The position numbers and the translations under genes are program-made. This document shows positions 44,648-56,357 of a stretch of DNA of 64,000 bases, in pieces. Numbering within the stretch: position 1 is the first letter of the stretch; each line of letters begins with the position of its first letter. Origin of the DNA: Chlorokybus atmophyticus (lineage: Eukaryota > Plantae > Mesostigma and Chlorokybus algae); contig RHPI01003587.1 in NCBI GenBank assembly GCA_009103225.1, positions 194,145 through 258,144 of the forward strand, given 5' to 3'. The notes under the pieces were generated by a model. It searched no databases, was not told the origin of the DNA, and worked only from the letters and a program-made list of their open reading frames with translations.

Positions 44648-44812
44648 ATAGTCTTTTGGGCTGCTTGCTACAGTATTGTGTGCGGTTGTGAACCTGACTT
44701 GAAATGCAAGCACGGCCATGCATTGTTTAGAACGGTAATGCAACAACATGCAACAATTGTTAAAAATGCTTGCTCGATCCGCACACGATGATGGGCCACG
44801 CTAACATTGATT

Positions 44813-45470
44813 GGCATGCAAGGTTTGTGGTGTACACTACATGACATGCAAGGTTCGTGGTGTACACTACATGGCATGCAAGGTTCAGGGTGTACACTAC
44901 ATGACATGCAGGGTTCAGGTTGAGTCTCCACCCTTACAGTAAGTAGGCTATGTGTACACTACCGATACTCAACTGGGAGACAACCTGTCGACTCAAATTG
45001 ATCAATTGATGACATGCAAGGTGCAGGTTGAGTCTCCACCCACACAGGATGTACACATGCTATGTGTACACTACCCATACTCAACTGGGAGACAACATGT
45101 AGACTCAGATTGATTGGTTAATGACATGCAAGGTGCAGGTTGAGTCTCCACCCACACAGGATGTACACATGCTATGTGTACACAACCCATACTCAGCTGG
45201 GAGACAACCTGTAGACTCAAATTGATTGATTGATGACTTGCAAGGTGCAGGTTGAGTCTCCACCCACATGGGATGTACACATGCTATGTGTACACTACCC
45301 ATACTCAATTAAGAAACAACTTGGAGACTCAAATTCATATTAATCGCTGACATGCAAGGTGCAGGTTGAGTCTCCACCCATACATGATGTACACATGCTA
45401 TGTGTACACTACCCATACTCAACTGGGCGACAACCTGTTGAGTCTAATTGATAAATTGCTGACGTGCAAG
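44813..45470 (+). repeat. Compound minisatellite: ~30-bp unit x3 followed by ~112-bp unit x5
   Basis: The gacatgcaaggt(t/g)c core recurs at 30-bp spacing, then at 44903, 45011, 45123, 45235, 45349 and 45461. Confidence 0.9.
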
Positions 45471-45887
45471 GTGCATGATCTGTTGCGAACGATGGAATAA
45501 CAGTTGACGCTCAGCAAGGAGCAGTTCATGAGTGCTTCACATAATGATGATTACTACATCGGATTTACACATGCTCCTCATGTTTGATTACTATTTTTGC
45601 ATTATTGTTGTTATCGCTATGCACTTGATTGCCAAGCGTACCGCACAGTTTGAATTACCGTCAGAGGATTGATTCCATGCAACATGTAATGAGGACTGCA
45701 TGGCCTGTGTCTCAACATCAACCACAAGCAGTGCACACATAGACATAGCCGGCGGCCAGCATGCCATTGACAATAACAGCCATTGCAAGCATGATTGCTG
45801 TCGCTGCGATGGGATAATGGCAGGTAGCGTGCCGCAATTGATGTAGAGATGTTGCGGGCGTGACCATTCGGTTAGCATAAAAGCAGC

Positions 45888-46754
45888 CTACTTTTTAGAT
45901 GCTAGAGCAATTGAACGGAATGATGCAAGTTCGCGCAGCATCATGGCTTGTACTGTAGCATCCCGACTATCAAAGCGACCGCGTTGGAACCGTTCCTTCG
46001 TTGTGGCATTCATGATTTCAATGCGCCATTGGCGGCCGCTGGCTTTGCGACTCCTGCTCTTATCCATCACAATGTATCCCTTGATGTCGTGCCCTCTGTT
46101 GCGTGACGGTTGTTTAAGACGTTTACGTTGCACATAACCAATCACCATTGCAGGTAGCTGCGGTATCGAGGCAGGTTGCTTTCGAGCTGCACTTGCTCTT
46201 TTGTCACTTGCACAACTGGTTGGATCACGTGCGCCTGAGCCATGGCATAGATCAGGGGACCATATGCATGGGTTTGGTTCTGCTGGACAACTGCCATCGT
46301 CCTTTATGGGCGTGGAGGGTGCGAGGATGCGTGGAAGGCTGCGATGAACGACCTCGCCGCACAGTGGTTTAACGCACATGTAACACGCACATGATTCTGG
46401 ACCAAGGACGCATGGGTAACCGTACGAGGGCTCCAGTTCGTGAGGGCGATTATCATGCTCCGCCAGCGGCATGCCGGGCATGGGCTCGTGTTCTGGCCAG
46501 ACTGGTGGCGGCGTACATGACGCTGATTGGAGAGAAGCATGCAGCGCGGTGCGGTTGGGCACCTGATGATGCAGTAATGGATTGACACTGTGTGGATGCG
46601 TTGTGGTGATATATTGCGGGCGCATAGGTGTGACATGGTTGAGCAGCAGCGTCGATAGATGAGGGTGCGCTGATAGCCCTGCAGCGCATGCAACAGGGCT
46701 GAGTTGGGCTGGCATTACAAGAATAGATGTAACTATTACAGCATGATCCATCAT
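45888..46754 (-). CDS. ORF with a Cys-rich segment and a possible C-terminal AP2-like DNA-binding domain
   Basis: CVLGPESCACYMC, then IKGY...RQWRIEIMNATTKERFQRGRFDSRDATVQA, which resembles the AP2 pattern W-x-A/I-E-I...G-x-F-D-T/S. Confidence 0.4.
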   Translation of the reverse strand: MMDHAVIVTSILVMPAQLSPVACAAGLSAHPHLSTLLLNHVTPMRPQYITTTHPHSVNPLLHHQVPNRTALHASLQSASCTPPPVWPEHEPMPGMPLAEHDNRPHELEPSYGYPCVLGPESCACYMCVKPLCGEVVHRSLPRILAPSTPIKDDGSCPAEPNPCIWSPDLCHGSGARDPTSCASDKRASAARKQPASIPQLPAMVIGYVQRKRLKQPSRNRGHDIKGYIVMDKSRSRKASGRQWRIEIMNATTKERFQRGRFDSRDATVQAMMLRELASFRSIALASKK

Positions 46755-47299
46755 TCAAAGCATCACTCAAAATAGAATCATACCAACAGTGGGTCGCCCT
46801 GTGTACAAGAGCTGTGGTGCACGTGCATACGCCAGCCACTTTGTGAGTGCAAAGCTGCTGCAACGCCACCTTGACATTAACGACCAATAAGAGAGAGACG
46901 CAGAACAGGTTGTCCCTTTACAAAAGCGGCAGCAGTGTATGCATGCATGTGTCAACATGCATATGGTGTCACATCAAGTATGCACATGCTGGGAGCTCAC
47001 CAATCCGGCGTGGTCGCACACGTCCACAATCCAAATGCATATGTCTTGAGCCAGCGGAGTCTGATTCAGCATCATTTGCAGGCCCGGCGGCAAGAAGTGC
47101 GTCCGCCATTTGTGCAATCCTCAGTGCGTTACAATCCTATCAATGCACGCCAAGTCGTTAGCCGCCGACCACCACGCCGCCTAGACCATCATCAGGCTTT
47201 TTGGGCGCCAGAACGTCTAATGTGAGTTGCTGGACGGGCGTGTGCTCATTATACATCTGGCTGGGCGGCGGGCGTGCAAGTGCAAGGCGGCGGGCGTGC

Positions 47300-47921
47300 A
47301 AGGTTGATGGCGCGATCTCGGCCAACTGGAATATCCACAGGGGCGCCTGGCAACAGGCAGAGTATGGCAAAAGAGCGAGGGTGGCAAGACAAAGGAGGGC
47401 AACAGAGCGAGGATGGCAACAGAGCGAGGATGGCTATTTTGGAACGCCCCCGCCAATGACATCACCCATGCTGAGCCGCTTGCCCCTACCAATGACAACA
47501 CCCCTGCCTCTGACAACGCCCCTGCTGAGCCTGCCGCACCCAGTGACAACACCTGCAGCGTCAATTATGGGATTGATCGAGGTGACACGCGTGTGCAGGT
47601 TTGCATTGTCTGTACGCTTGCTTGCGTTAATCGCATTGTCTGGGCACAGCGCATGCATTGGAGCAGGAGCTCAAGAGCTGCGCCGGCAGGTGGGCCGCTA
47701 ACTGCACTTGCAACCTCTGTGCTATGCGCATCACGGGCAGCCTTGGAACTCACAGTGTGCATGCTTTGTAGGTCGAGACCCAGCGTGCAATCAACAACGA
47801 AGTGACGGCAAATGAGATCCGGTATCAAGAATACTGGGAGTCGATAAGAGCCAAGGTAAGCCCATGTACCAGTCATTACGGCATTGTACTCGAGTAGGTG
47901 TGCCCTCGTAATCTTGCTAAT
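47300..47921 (+). pseudogene. Unknown gene fragment truncated by CACTA-A4
   Basis: Exons such as ...TCSVNYGIDRGDTRVQ| and VETQRAINNEVTANEIRYQEYWESIRAK| with GT-AG borders. Confidence 0.35.
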
Positions 47922-48319
47922 CACACGGCTTGACGTTCAAGGACCATCTATGGTCCTTTCACGGACCCCGCGGACCAAGCATGGACCGTACCCCGCGGGC
48001 CAGGACTGCCTGGTCCGCGGGGGACGGACCGTTCCTGGTCCGTTCGGGGCCCCACATCCTGGTGCGCAGTCGCGCACCAGACATGGTCCGTTCCGCACCG
48101 GACATGGTGCGGCACGGATCAGTCAAGTACAGTCTACCCCCGTTAAGAGACTTCGGTTTAAGAAAATAACCCCGCTAAGATCATAGATTTTTTAAAGACC
48201 GATGGTTTTACAGGCAAATATCGTTGGTCAAGAGAATATTCCCGTACGTAATAAGTCTAATGTTGCAACATGCAAAACCCAGTGGTCCTATTCTCTTATC
48301 AGGGTAGCAGTGCTATGAG

Positions 48320-48347
48320 TTAGGGTTAGGGTTAGGGTTAGGTTTAG
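48320..48347 (+). repeat. Short (TTAGGG)n tract
   Basis: ttagggttagggttagggttaggtttag; a similar tract lies at 18783-18801. Confidence 0.85.
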
Positions 48348-48603
48348 CACTTGCAGGCGTATCTAAGCCTTACGCCGCCAGAGTGGCAGCCCTGGTGGAG
48401 CGGTAAGATGCGGCGGCGGCGGCGGCGGCGGCAATAGGTGTAGATAGGTGCTATATGATGCCTTGGCGGGGGGAACGGATGCTTCCAGCTCTGGAGGGCT
48501 TTTGCTGAGGTGTGCATTGTGCGCATGCGTGTGTGTGTGTGTGTGCATTGTTGTAGCCGTTCACGTGAACACTAAGGCCATTGTATGCGTTTTGTAGGTC
48601 ATC

Positions 48604-50788
48604 ATGTCTGCGCTACAGCCCGTCAAGCGAAGCAACATCACTCTCAAGGACAAGAAGCGCATATTAGAGTTGTATGATGAGTTGTGCGAGAACACCAACG
48701 TTAGGCAAGCGGACTTCATTGCTAGTGTCAAATCCAAGTTGAAATTGGACATCAAACAGAGTGCATTGTCTAAGTTGCTGAATAGCCGTGAGAAGATAGT
48801 TGAGACGCTAGCTCAGGGTGGTAATTTTGCTGCAAGTACCAAGCGCATGCGGCTTGCAGCACATCCCAAGTTGGAGGACGCATTGTATGCATGGTTTGTA
48901 CAAGCTCGGGCTCGTAATGCCACCATCACAGACACGATACTAATAGAGAAAGGCAAGGACTTTGTTAGCAAGTTGAACGTGGAGGACTTTAATGCATCAC
49001 ACGGGTGGGTGAATCGGTTCAAGAAGCGTCATGGCATCTCCGCTAAACCATTGCACGGGGAAGCCAACGATGCAGATGAAGAAGGGGTCGACATGGCCCG
49101 AGCTGACTTACCAGAGATTCTTGAGGAGTACGGCGCTGCCAACACCTTCAACATGGATGAGAGTGGGGTGTTCTACCGGGCTCGTCCACGCCGCACATTG
49201 GTCACTGCAACTGAGGAAGCGAGGGGGGGGGGGAAGAGAGAGAAGGATAGGTTCACCATAGCATTGTGTGTGCATGCCGACGGCTCCGAGAATTATCCCC
49301 TTTTGCTAATTAGTACATCCAAAAGACCTAAATCTTTTGGCAGCATATGGACTCCCATCCGCATCGGTGTGGAGTATGAGAACAACAAGAAGGCTTGGAT
49401 GAACGCAGAGGTAAGGTGTTTGACACTACTGCAAGTTGGCGAGTCTATTTGTGCAACTGCAAGTTCACATGTGACTGCAAGTTCGTGTGTGTCACTAAGC
49501 GTTGTTTCATGCAGATCTTCAGCCGCTGGCTCTGCAACTTCGCCTTGCAGATGAAGCTACAGAAGCGCAATGTCTTGTTGCTGCTCGACAACTCTTCCAC
49601 CCACGCCTGCAAGTACGGGGTCGAGGGCATGGAGAAAGGGTTCAAGACGCTGCAGGTGAACACTGTGAAGTGTCTGTTCCTGCCTCCCAACACAACCAGC
49701 AAGGTTCAACCTCTTGACGCAGGCATTATTGCTGCGTTCAAGGCCAGGTACGTGCCCATTTGTTTACGTTGCTGCGTTACTCTGGTTACAAACTGAGTGT
49801 TAATAGAGCAAACTTGTAAACAATTTTGGGCTGGGGGGGGACCCCCCCCCCCCCCCCNGTTCAAGGGCAGGTACGCTGCTGCGTTACTCTGGTTACAAAC
49901 TGAGTCCGAATTTAGAAAACTTGTAATAACATTTGGGCTGGAGGGGGGGAAGTCCCCCCCCCCCCCCCCCCCGACCCCCCTTGTTCGTCAGAGTTTGTAA
50001 TGCTTTCTCATTTGGTTCGTTGCAGGTACAAGCGCAAGCTTGTTGCGTACTTGCTGCAGCAATATGATGCCGACCCGACAACCGACTTGCGCACGGTGAA
50101 GGTGCAGTTGAGGGAGGCCATCATATGGTGTCGCGAGGCGTACGGGGAGCTCACCGCACTCACCATCTCGAATTGCTGGAGGAAGAGCGGCATCACCCCC
50201 CCGGCCTGGCACGTGCCCACTTCCGACACTGACGCACGAGAGCAGGATGTTGTGCAGGAGATTGGGGACATCATGCAGCGTCTTCCTATTCCACGTGCGG
50301 AGATGCTCTCACCAGCTGAGTTTGTTCACGCTGACGACACCCTCCCAACCGAAGCCGGTCAGAGTGACGAGGACATCCTCCAAAGCATCGGAGCGGTTGA
50401 GGGGGGCGTCAATGATGAGCCTCTTGAGGCTGAAAGTGAGGAATTCCCCTTTGTGTGTGTGTGTGTGTGCGTGTGTGTGTGTGTACTCACAATGTCTTGT
50501 GTTACAGATGATGATGAGGAGAAGGAGTCACCCCCACGTGTCACAGTTGCAGAGTGCATGAGGTTCTTGGATGGTGTAAAAGCCTTCATCGCCACCAACG
50601 ACTGCCCCACCTCAGAGCACCATCAGCTCACATTACGGCAGCTGCGTAATGTGATCATCAAGCATCAGCAGTTTGACGCTGGCCATCAGACCCGCATACA
50701 GGATTTCTTCACTGCGGGTTCTTCTGGACATGATGCTAGCACTAGTGCCACTGGTGGCACAGTCGATGAGCCAGTCGAGTTGGAGTAG
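48604..50788 (+). CDS. Tigger/pogo (CENP-B-like HTH + DDE_1) transposase, 4 exons, apparently intact, 576 aa
   Basis: Exons 48604-49410, 49515-49747, 50026-50435 and 50508-50788 total 1731 nt and stay open. Motifs HPKLEDALYAWF, FNASHGWVNRFKKRH, NMDESG, LLDN and QPLDAG. Confidence 0.92.
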
Positions 50789-53700
50789 TGTGCATTACAT
50801 GCATGCACGCATGTGGTTTGTAATGCTCGTATTAGTGATGATCGCTTTGCAGATGCATGCTGTTTACAACTCATGCACGCGCACGCAAAGCAACATGCTC
50901 ATGTACACACGTATGCATTGTTTGTTGTACATTATACACATGCGTGTGCACCAACAAACATGCACACGACCACTTATTGAGTCATAATGTCACAACCAAG
51001 CATGCTGTCACACAACACCATGTTGTAATGTATGTTATTAACTCGCTTGATATACCTAGAACTCATTAAACTGATCATATACATGTGTAATAGGCACACT
51101 TCGTTCATAGCATATTTATTCTTTTTAACGCACCTGGCAGGACCCTCTCTAAGGGAATATATATTCTCGTAACGTTAAGAGAATATATATTGTTTTAAGC
51201 GCCAAGAGAATAACCCCGTTAGTGGAATGAAAAGCTCCAGGATAATCGTGATTCTTATAACAGGGGTAGACTGTACGCTGGTCCTTCCATGCAAACCAGA
51301 TATGGTTCCGCGGCCCTGCGGTCCTGCTGTCGCACACCGTACCTGGTCCATCCCGAACCATAAATGGTGCGGCAGGGACCAGTGACATCACTGGTCCGTG
51401 TATTATACATGCAACAGTACGCCGCACCATAATCGCGGCCCTGCCGCTACGATGAGTACCTACATAAAGACTAATGACTGTATGAACATAAATTGCTTAA
51501 AACCTACTGACAGGCTAAGACACATAGACTAATTATTTTGTAAGTATATATATAGCTCAAAACTTATTGACAGGCCGCCTCGACTGTCGGAAAATGCTCA
51601 CCGACAGGTGGACAGCCGCAAATGGTCGGCGGCCAATTGACAGCCGGGCTGTTAGTGAGCTGTAAGTGGCTGTCTGTGCAATGAACATAGTTACCATAAC
51701 TGCATGTGCACGAAGTTGCGAATGTGTATTATTATTCGTTCTTTATACATGCATATGTACATCTATGCATGCATGTATACAAAAAGAATATGATATAATA
51801 TTAATGTGCTAATATATTGTTAAACATTGTTAATATAATATGTGTGCATTGATGTACATACAGCAATGCATACATATGTATATATACATATGTACATTGA
51901 CATATATATGCATTGATGCATATCTGTCATGTGAGCTTATGAGTTGTTGTATATTACACTGTTATCTATACATGCAACATTTAAGACGCGCATCATTAAA
52001 TGAACATATAGCGGTGGTGAATGTTACAACATCATAGCATTGCTATGTTGATGTTTTTGTCAAGTGTTGTACATTCACGCTGTGCATAATATGTGTTATT
52101 CAATGCCACCAGTCTCATAACATAATAAATGCACACATATATACATATTTAATTGTACTTTGTGTATATATATATAAATATGTATATACACATGTGTATG
52201 TATATGTATATATATATGTAAACATTTATGTATGTGATGTTTTATGTACGGATACATCAAATAGCAATAAATGTATATAATTCTCAAAACGGGCTGTCAT
52301 AAACAGCCCCAGGGTGAGCCCCCCTGACCGAATGTTGTTATTTTATTTCCATGGCAGTCGCCGAGTTGCAACTGTCCATTCATTCTCGAATCTGCTCAAA
52401 GTAATACTGGTATACCCTATGCATATAGAGGGGACGGCAACCCTCTTCGGGCTGGAATGGACGGCTTTGTAACTACTCTTGTATTTAGTAAAATACAAAG
52501 GATCGATGGCTCTCGTGAGCTGCCGTTAGTAATTACAAAGTAAATACACACACCGTTGGATTGCGGCGACACGGACCGATCGATTACTCAATGCCTATAC
52601 AATTGTTGACTGCCGACTGTATAGCGATCGACGGCAAGCGTCGCGCCGTCACCTGTTAGTACTGCACGGTACTGTACCATTGGTACATGTATCAGCGTGC
52701 GGTACGCACTCGTATGGTACCCTCACACGCTGCATCTACATAGATACACAGTTTGTAGATACAACGACATTGTTTTAGACACTTATATCTGTTTAGCAAC
52801 CTGTGTATCTACATAGATGCAGCCAAAAAGAGCAAGTCTCGGTGTCCACACAACATTGTTCATCTAGGGTTTTGTGTGGGCGGCGTGGGCGGAGTGGGCG
52901 GCGGCGTAGGCGGCGGCATGGGAGGCATGGTTAATATAGGCATGTGATGAGACATAATGGTTGCAGATATGGACATGTTGTTTAGTAGTGCGGGGATGAT
53001 GTTGTCAATGCTCATGATGTGGATGAGCTTGTTTTATTGCGATAAGCTCTTTACATGGCTGTGCACATGCGCGACATTGTTGGGAGGGGATACTGCCAGC
53101 TTGAAGCTAGTCCATCCACCACCTCCCTCTCCTCATGCTCCCCCACCTCCCCCACCTGCCACACAACCTCCCTCATCACAACCTTAATCGCGGCAAGAGG
53201 GTAAGTGATAGGTACACACGGTGTGTGTGGGCGTGCGACTGTGTATGCGCTTGTATATATATGCGCACATCACATGTTTGTGAGCGTGCGTGCGTGCGTG
53301 CGTGCGTGCCCGTGTGCGTGCGGACGCGTATGTGCGCATGTGTATCTTGTCAAAACGGGTGCGCGCATGCAAGCTGCTCTCGGGGCGGGCGTGGGTGCGT
53401 ACCTTAGTATTTGCACACGCGCATATGCATCTATGTGCGCGTGTGTCTGTTTATGGGCGTGTGGGCGCCAAGGCTGGTGTGGGCGCGTGTACGCATGCAT
53501 GTGCGTGCTGACATGCGTGTGCATGAGTGTGAATGCGCATATTCATATACGCGCGCGTGAATGTGTATGGGCGTGTGTGATTGCCAAGGCTGGTGTGCGC
53601 GCGTGCACGCGTGCGTGTTCGTGCTTACATGCGTGTGAACGCATATGCATATACGCGCGTGTGTGTGCTTGTGGGCGCATGTGGTCGCCAAGGCTCGTGT

Positions 53701-55537
53701 GTGTGGTGCGTGTGGTATGTGTTGTAAACATGCATGTGCTGACATTGATGTGTGAATAGACAATGAGGAGATTGGAGCGGGGCACCCCGCATACGAAGAA
53801 GCCTCTAAGCGGGTGCGCTCGTATGTACCAGAACTTCAGCGCAACAATGTCAGCCAAACGTGGCAGCTCAAGCAACCTTTGGAACTTATGCATTGGCCGG
53901 ACATTAGAAAGCCGCTCACAAACCCTTTGTTGGCGGTGAAATCGAAAGAGGATTGTACGCCGGCAACCTTCTACAAGAAAGACTGTCATGTAAGTGCTGT
54001 TGACATGAGTGGCTATGTGGGGTGATTTGAGGTGATTGACATGCATGCCCGTGCGCATGCGAGTATGTCCATCGGCGTTCACGCGCGCTTGCACGCGCGT
54101 GGATGTAACATTGTATGCTTCTCGAGTTGTGCTATAGATGTTGTCCGATGTGCAAGTATATGTGTAGGTGACATATTGGGCGCCACATGCCTTCTTCAAT
54201 CAATATGTGAAGCAGTACATTTGCCCCTCATGCAACAAGAAGGCAATGACATCCGACGGGTGGTACAAGCACATACGCAAAGTCACGGGCTTACGCGGTA
54301 GTAAGGCTCTATGGCTCTATGGCATGAGTCTGCGATGCAAGAAGTGCACAGGTATGCGCTGTTACACACGTGTCATGGGCACAATCATTGTGCCTCATGA
54401 TGATAGCTTCAACATGCAAGTACTTACCGTGTGATGATGATGCAGGTAATGAAAGCAAAGATTTTACTTGTCTCGCTTATGATGATAGAATCCTGGAGCA
54501 GCTGCCATCATTTGTGAGAGACGAGTTCAAGATCCTGTTGACACCCCGAGTAGGCTTGGAGAAGGACTAAATTGATTTCGTGACAAGAGCCATATCGAAT
54601 GGTCAATCCCTCCATGACGTGTGCGAGCAACTAAAAGAGAGCCACCGCACCGACTACACACGGGTACATTGCTTTGGTGGACTGGTGTTGTTCGGTTGCA
54701 TATGCATGCGGATTGCATGATGATGTCATGACACTAACTACATGACTATCATGGACACAGCCTTTGTTGGCGTACACTGAGGTTTGGGAGCATGTGCATA
54801 AACCGAGCAATGCACTTGCTCGCTTGTACACTACATCCATACCGCCACCACCGACGTTTGGAGCTTTTGATGATCCCAAGGGATGGCGCGGGTACGTGCC
54901 AAGCGCTGAGTACTTGACTCAGCAATACATCAAGCATGGTCAGTCAACACGAGAATGGCAAAAAATGAGAATGACGACACTTGGTGGAGCTATACTAGCT
55001 GTGGACCATAGCTTCGAGCTACCTAAGTTTGTACGTCAAGAAGGACGCAAAGTGGCTGAAGCTGTCTTCACCTTGTATAACGAAACCAAGCAGGTATGGT
55101 TGAAGTAATCTGCAAGTCTTGCATCTGAGGCTAATTGATCACAATGCCAATTGTGCAAGCTCATTAACGCGGTATTATCAGGTGATTGGATGGTATCTGG
55201 CTAGCTCATCCGCCTTGTCCGAAGTTGTTCCTGCTTTGCAAAGGATCATGAAGCGTGCATACTACGCGGTGCTGCAAAATGTGAGCTGCACAACACTGCA
55301 TCCTGCTGCACAGGAACTTTGTGTATTTGCATGCAGATATCAATCAAATTCGTGCAGCCGTTGAAGGTGGTGTATTGTGATAACTCGACAAGCATGGAGA
55401 GCTCTTTGCTTCAAGGATTTGGGTCAGACCATCTACTGATACTAGAGGATCCATGGCATTTCATGGATAGGTATGCCAGGCTAATTGTGGACTTGAGCAA
55501 ACTCAAAGGTAATTGTGCCGCGCTGCCCCCCCCCCCC

Positions 55538-55799
55538 NNNNNNNNNNNNNNNNNNNNNNNNNNNNNNNNNNNNNNNNNNNNNNNNNNNNNNNNNNNNNNN
55601 NNNNNNNNNNNNNNNNNNNNNNNNNNNNNNNNNNNNNNNNNNNNNNNNNNNNNNNNNNNNNNNNNNNNNNNNNNNNNNNNNNNNNNNNNNNNNNNNNNNN
55701 NNNNNNNNNNNNNNNNNNNNNNNNNNNNNNNNNNNNNNNNNNNNNNNNNNNNNNNNNNNNNNNNNNNNNNNNNNNNNNNNNNNNNNNNNNNNNNNNNNN
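55538..55799. other. Assembly gap (N run) flanked by poly-C
   Basis: Direct read of the sequence. Confidence 1.
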
Positions 55800-56276
55800 C
55801 CCCCCCCCCCCCCTTCCCGCCCCTACATGCGCACACAACTACATGTATGCGTGCAGAGCGATTTAGGTGTGACTTGAGCCGAGCTATCTTTGAGGCTGAC
55901 ATGAACAAAGAGCAGGAGCTGCGCCAGCACTTACTGCACGTCATGAAAAAGACGCCAAAAGAGGTTTGTACGCATGTCAAGTATTGAGGCCATCATGGTG
56001 CTTTGTTGATAAGCCTTGATTGTAGGTGGCAAAACTACCGCGACGATACTGGCGAAAGCGAGTGCCTCATGTTATTCCTGAGCGCCACACATTGGCGGCC
56101 AAGTTGGATAGCATGATGGAAGAGTATCGCGAAGCCATTGAGCCTGACACACAGGAGCGGTTCTGGAGTAAGCAGCTGGAAGCCCTTCGCCAACGGCAAA
56201 TGGACCTTGTATGGTCAGGCAGGTTGAGCGGTACGTTGTGCTCCAGTGCTGTGCATAGCCTATGAGCACAAGCATC

Positions 56277-56300
56277 ATCTCTCTCTCTCTCTCTCTCTCN

Positions 56301-56354
<54 letters not shown>
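56277..56354. repeat. (CT)n microsatellite in an intron
   Basis: Direct read of the sequence. Confidence 0.95.

Positions 56355-56357
<3 letters not shown>

Larger units (their letters stand above)
48130..51273 (+). mobile_element. Tigger/pogo DNA transposon, full length
   Basis: TA|CAGTCTACCCCCGTTAAGAG ... CTTATAACAGGGGTAGACTG|TA, with AAGAGAATA-type subterminal motifs. Confidence 0.93.
47922..52424. mobile_element. Non-autonomous CACTA family A copy 4 (inverted relative to copy 1, right part displaced)
   Basis: Starts CACACGGCTTGACGTTCAAGGACC (preceded by AAT). 47922-48129 and 51274-52424 are the reverse complement of ~7600-7423 and ~6973-5870. Homology stops abruptly at 52424. Confidence 0.9.
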
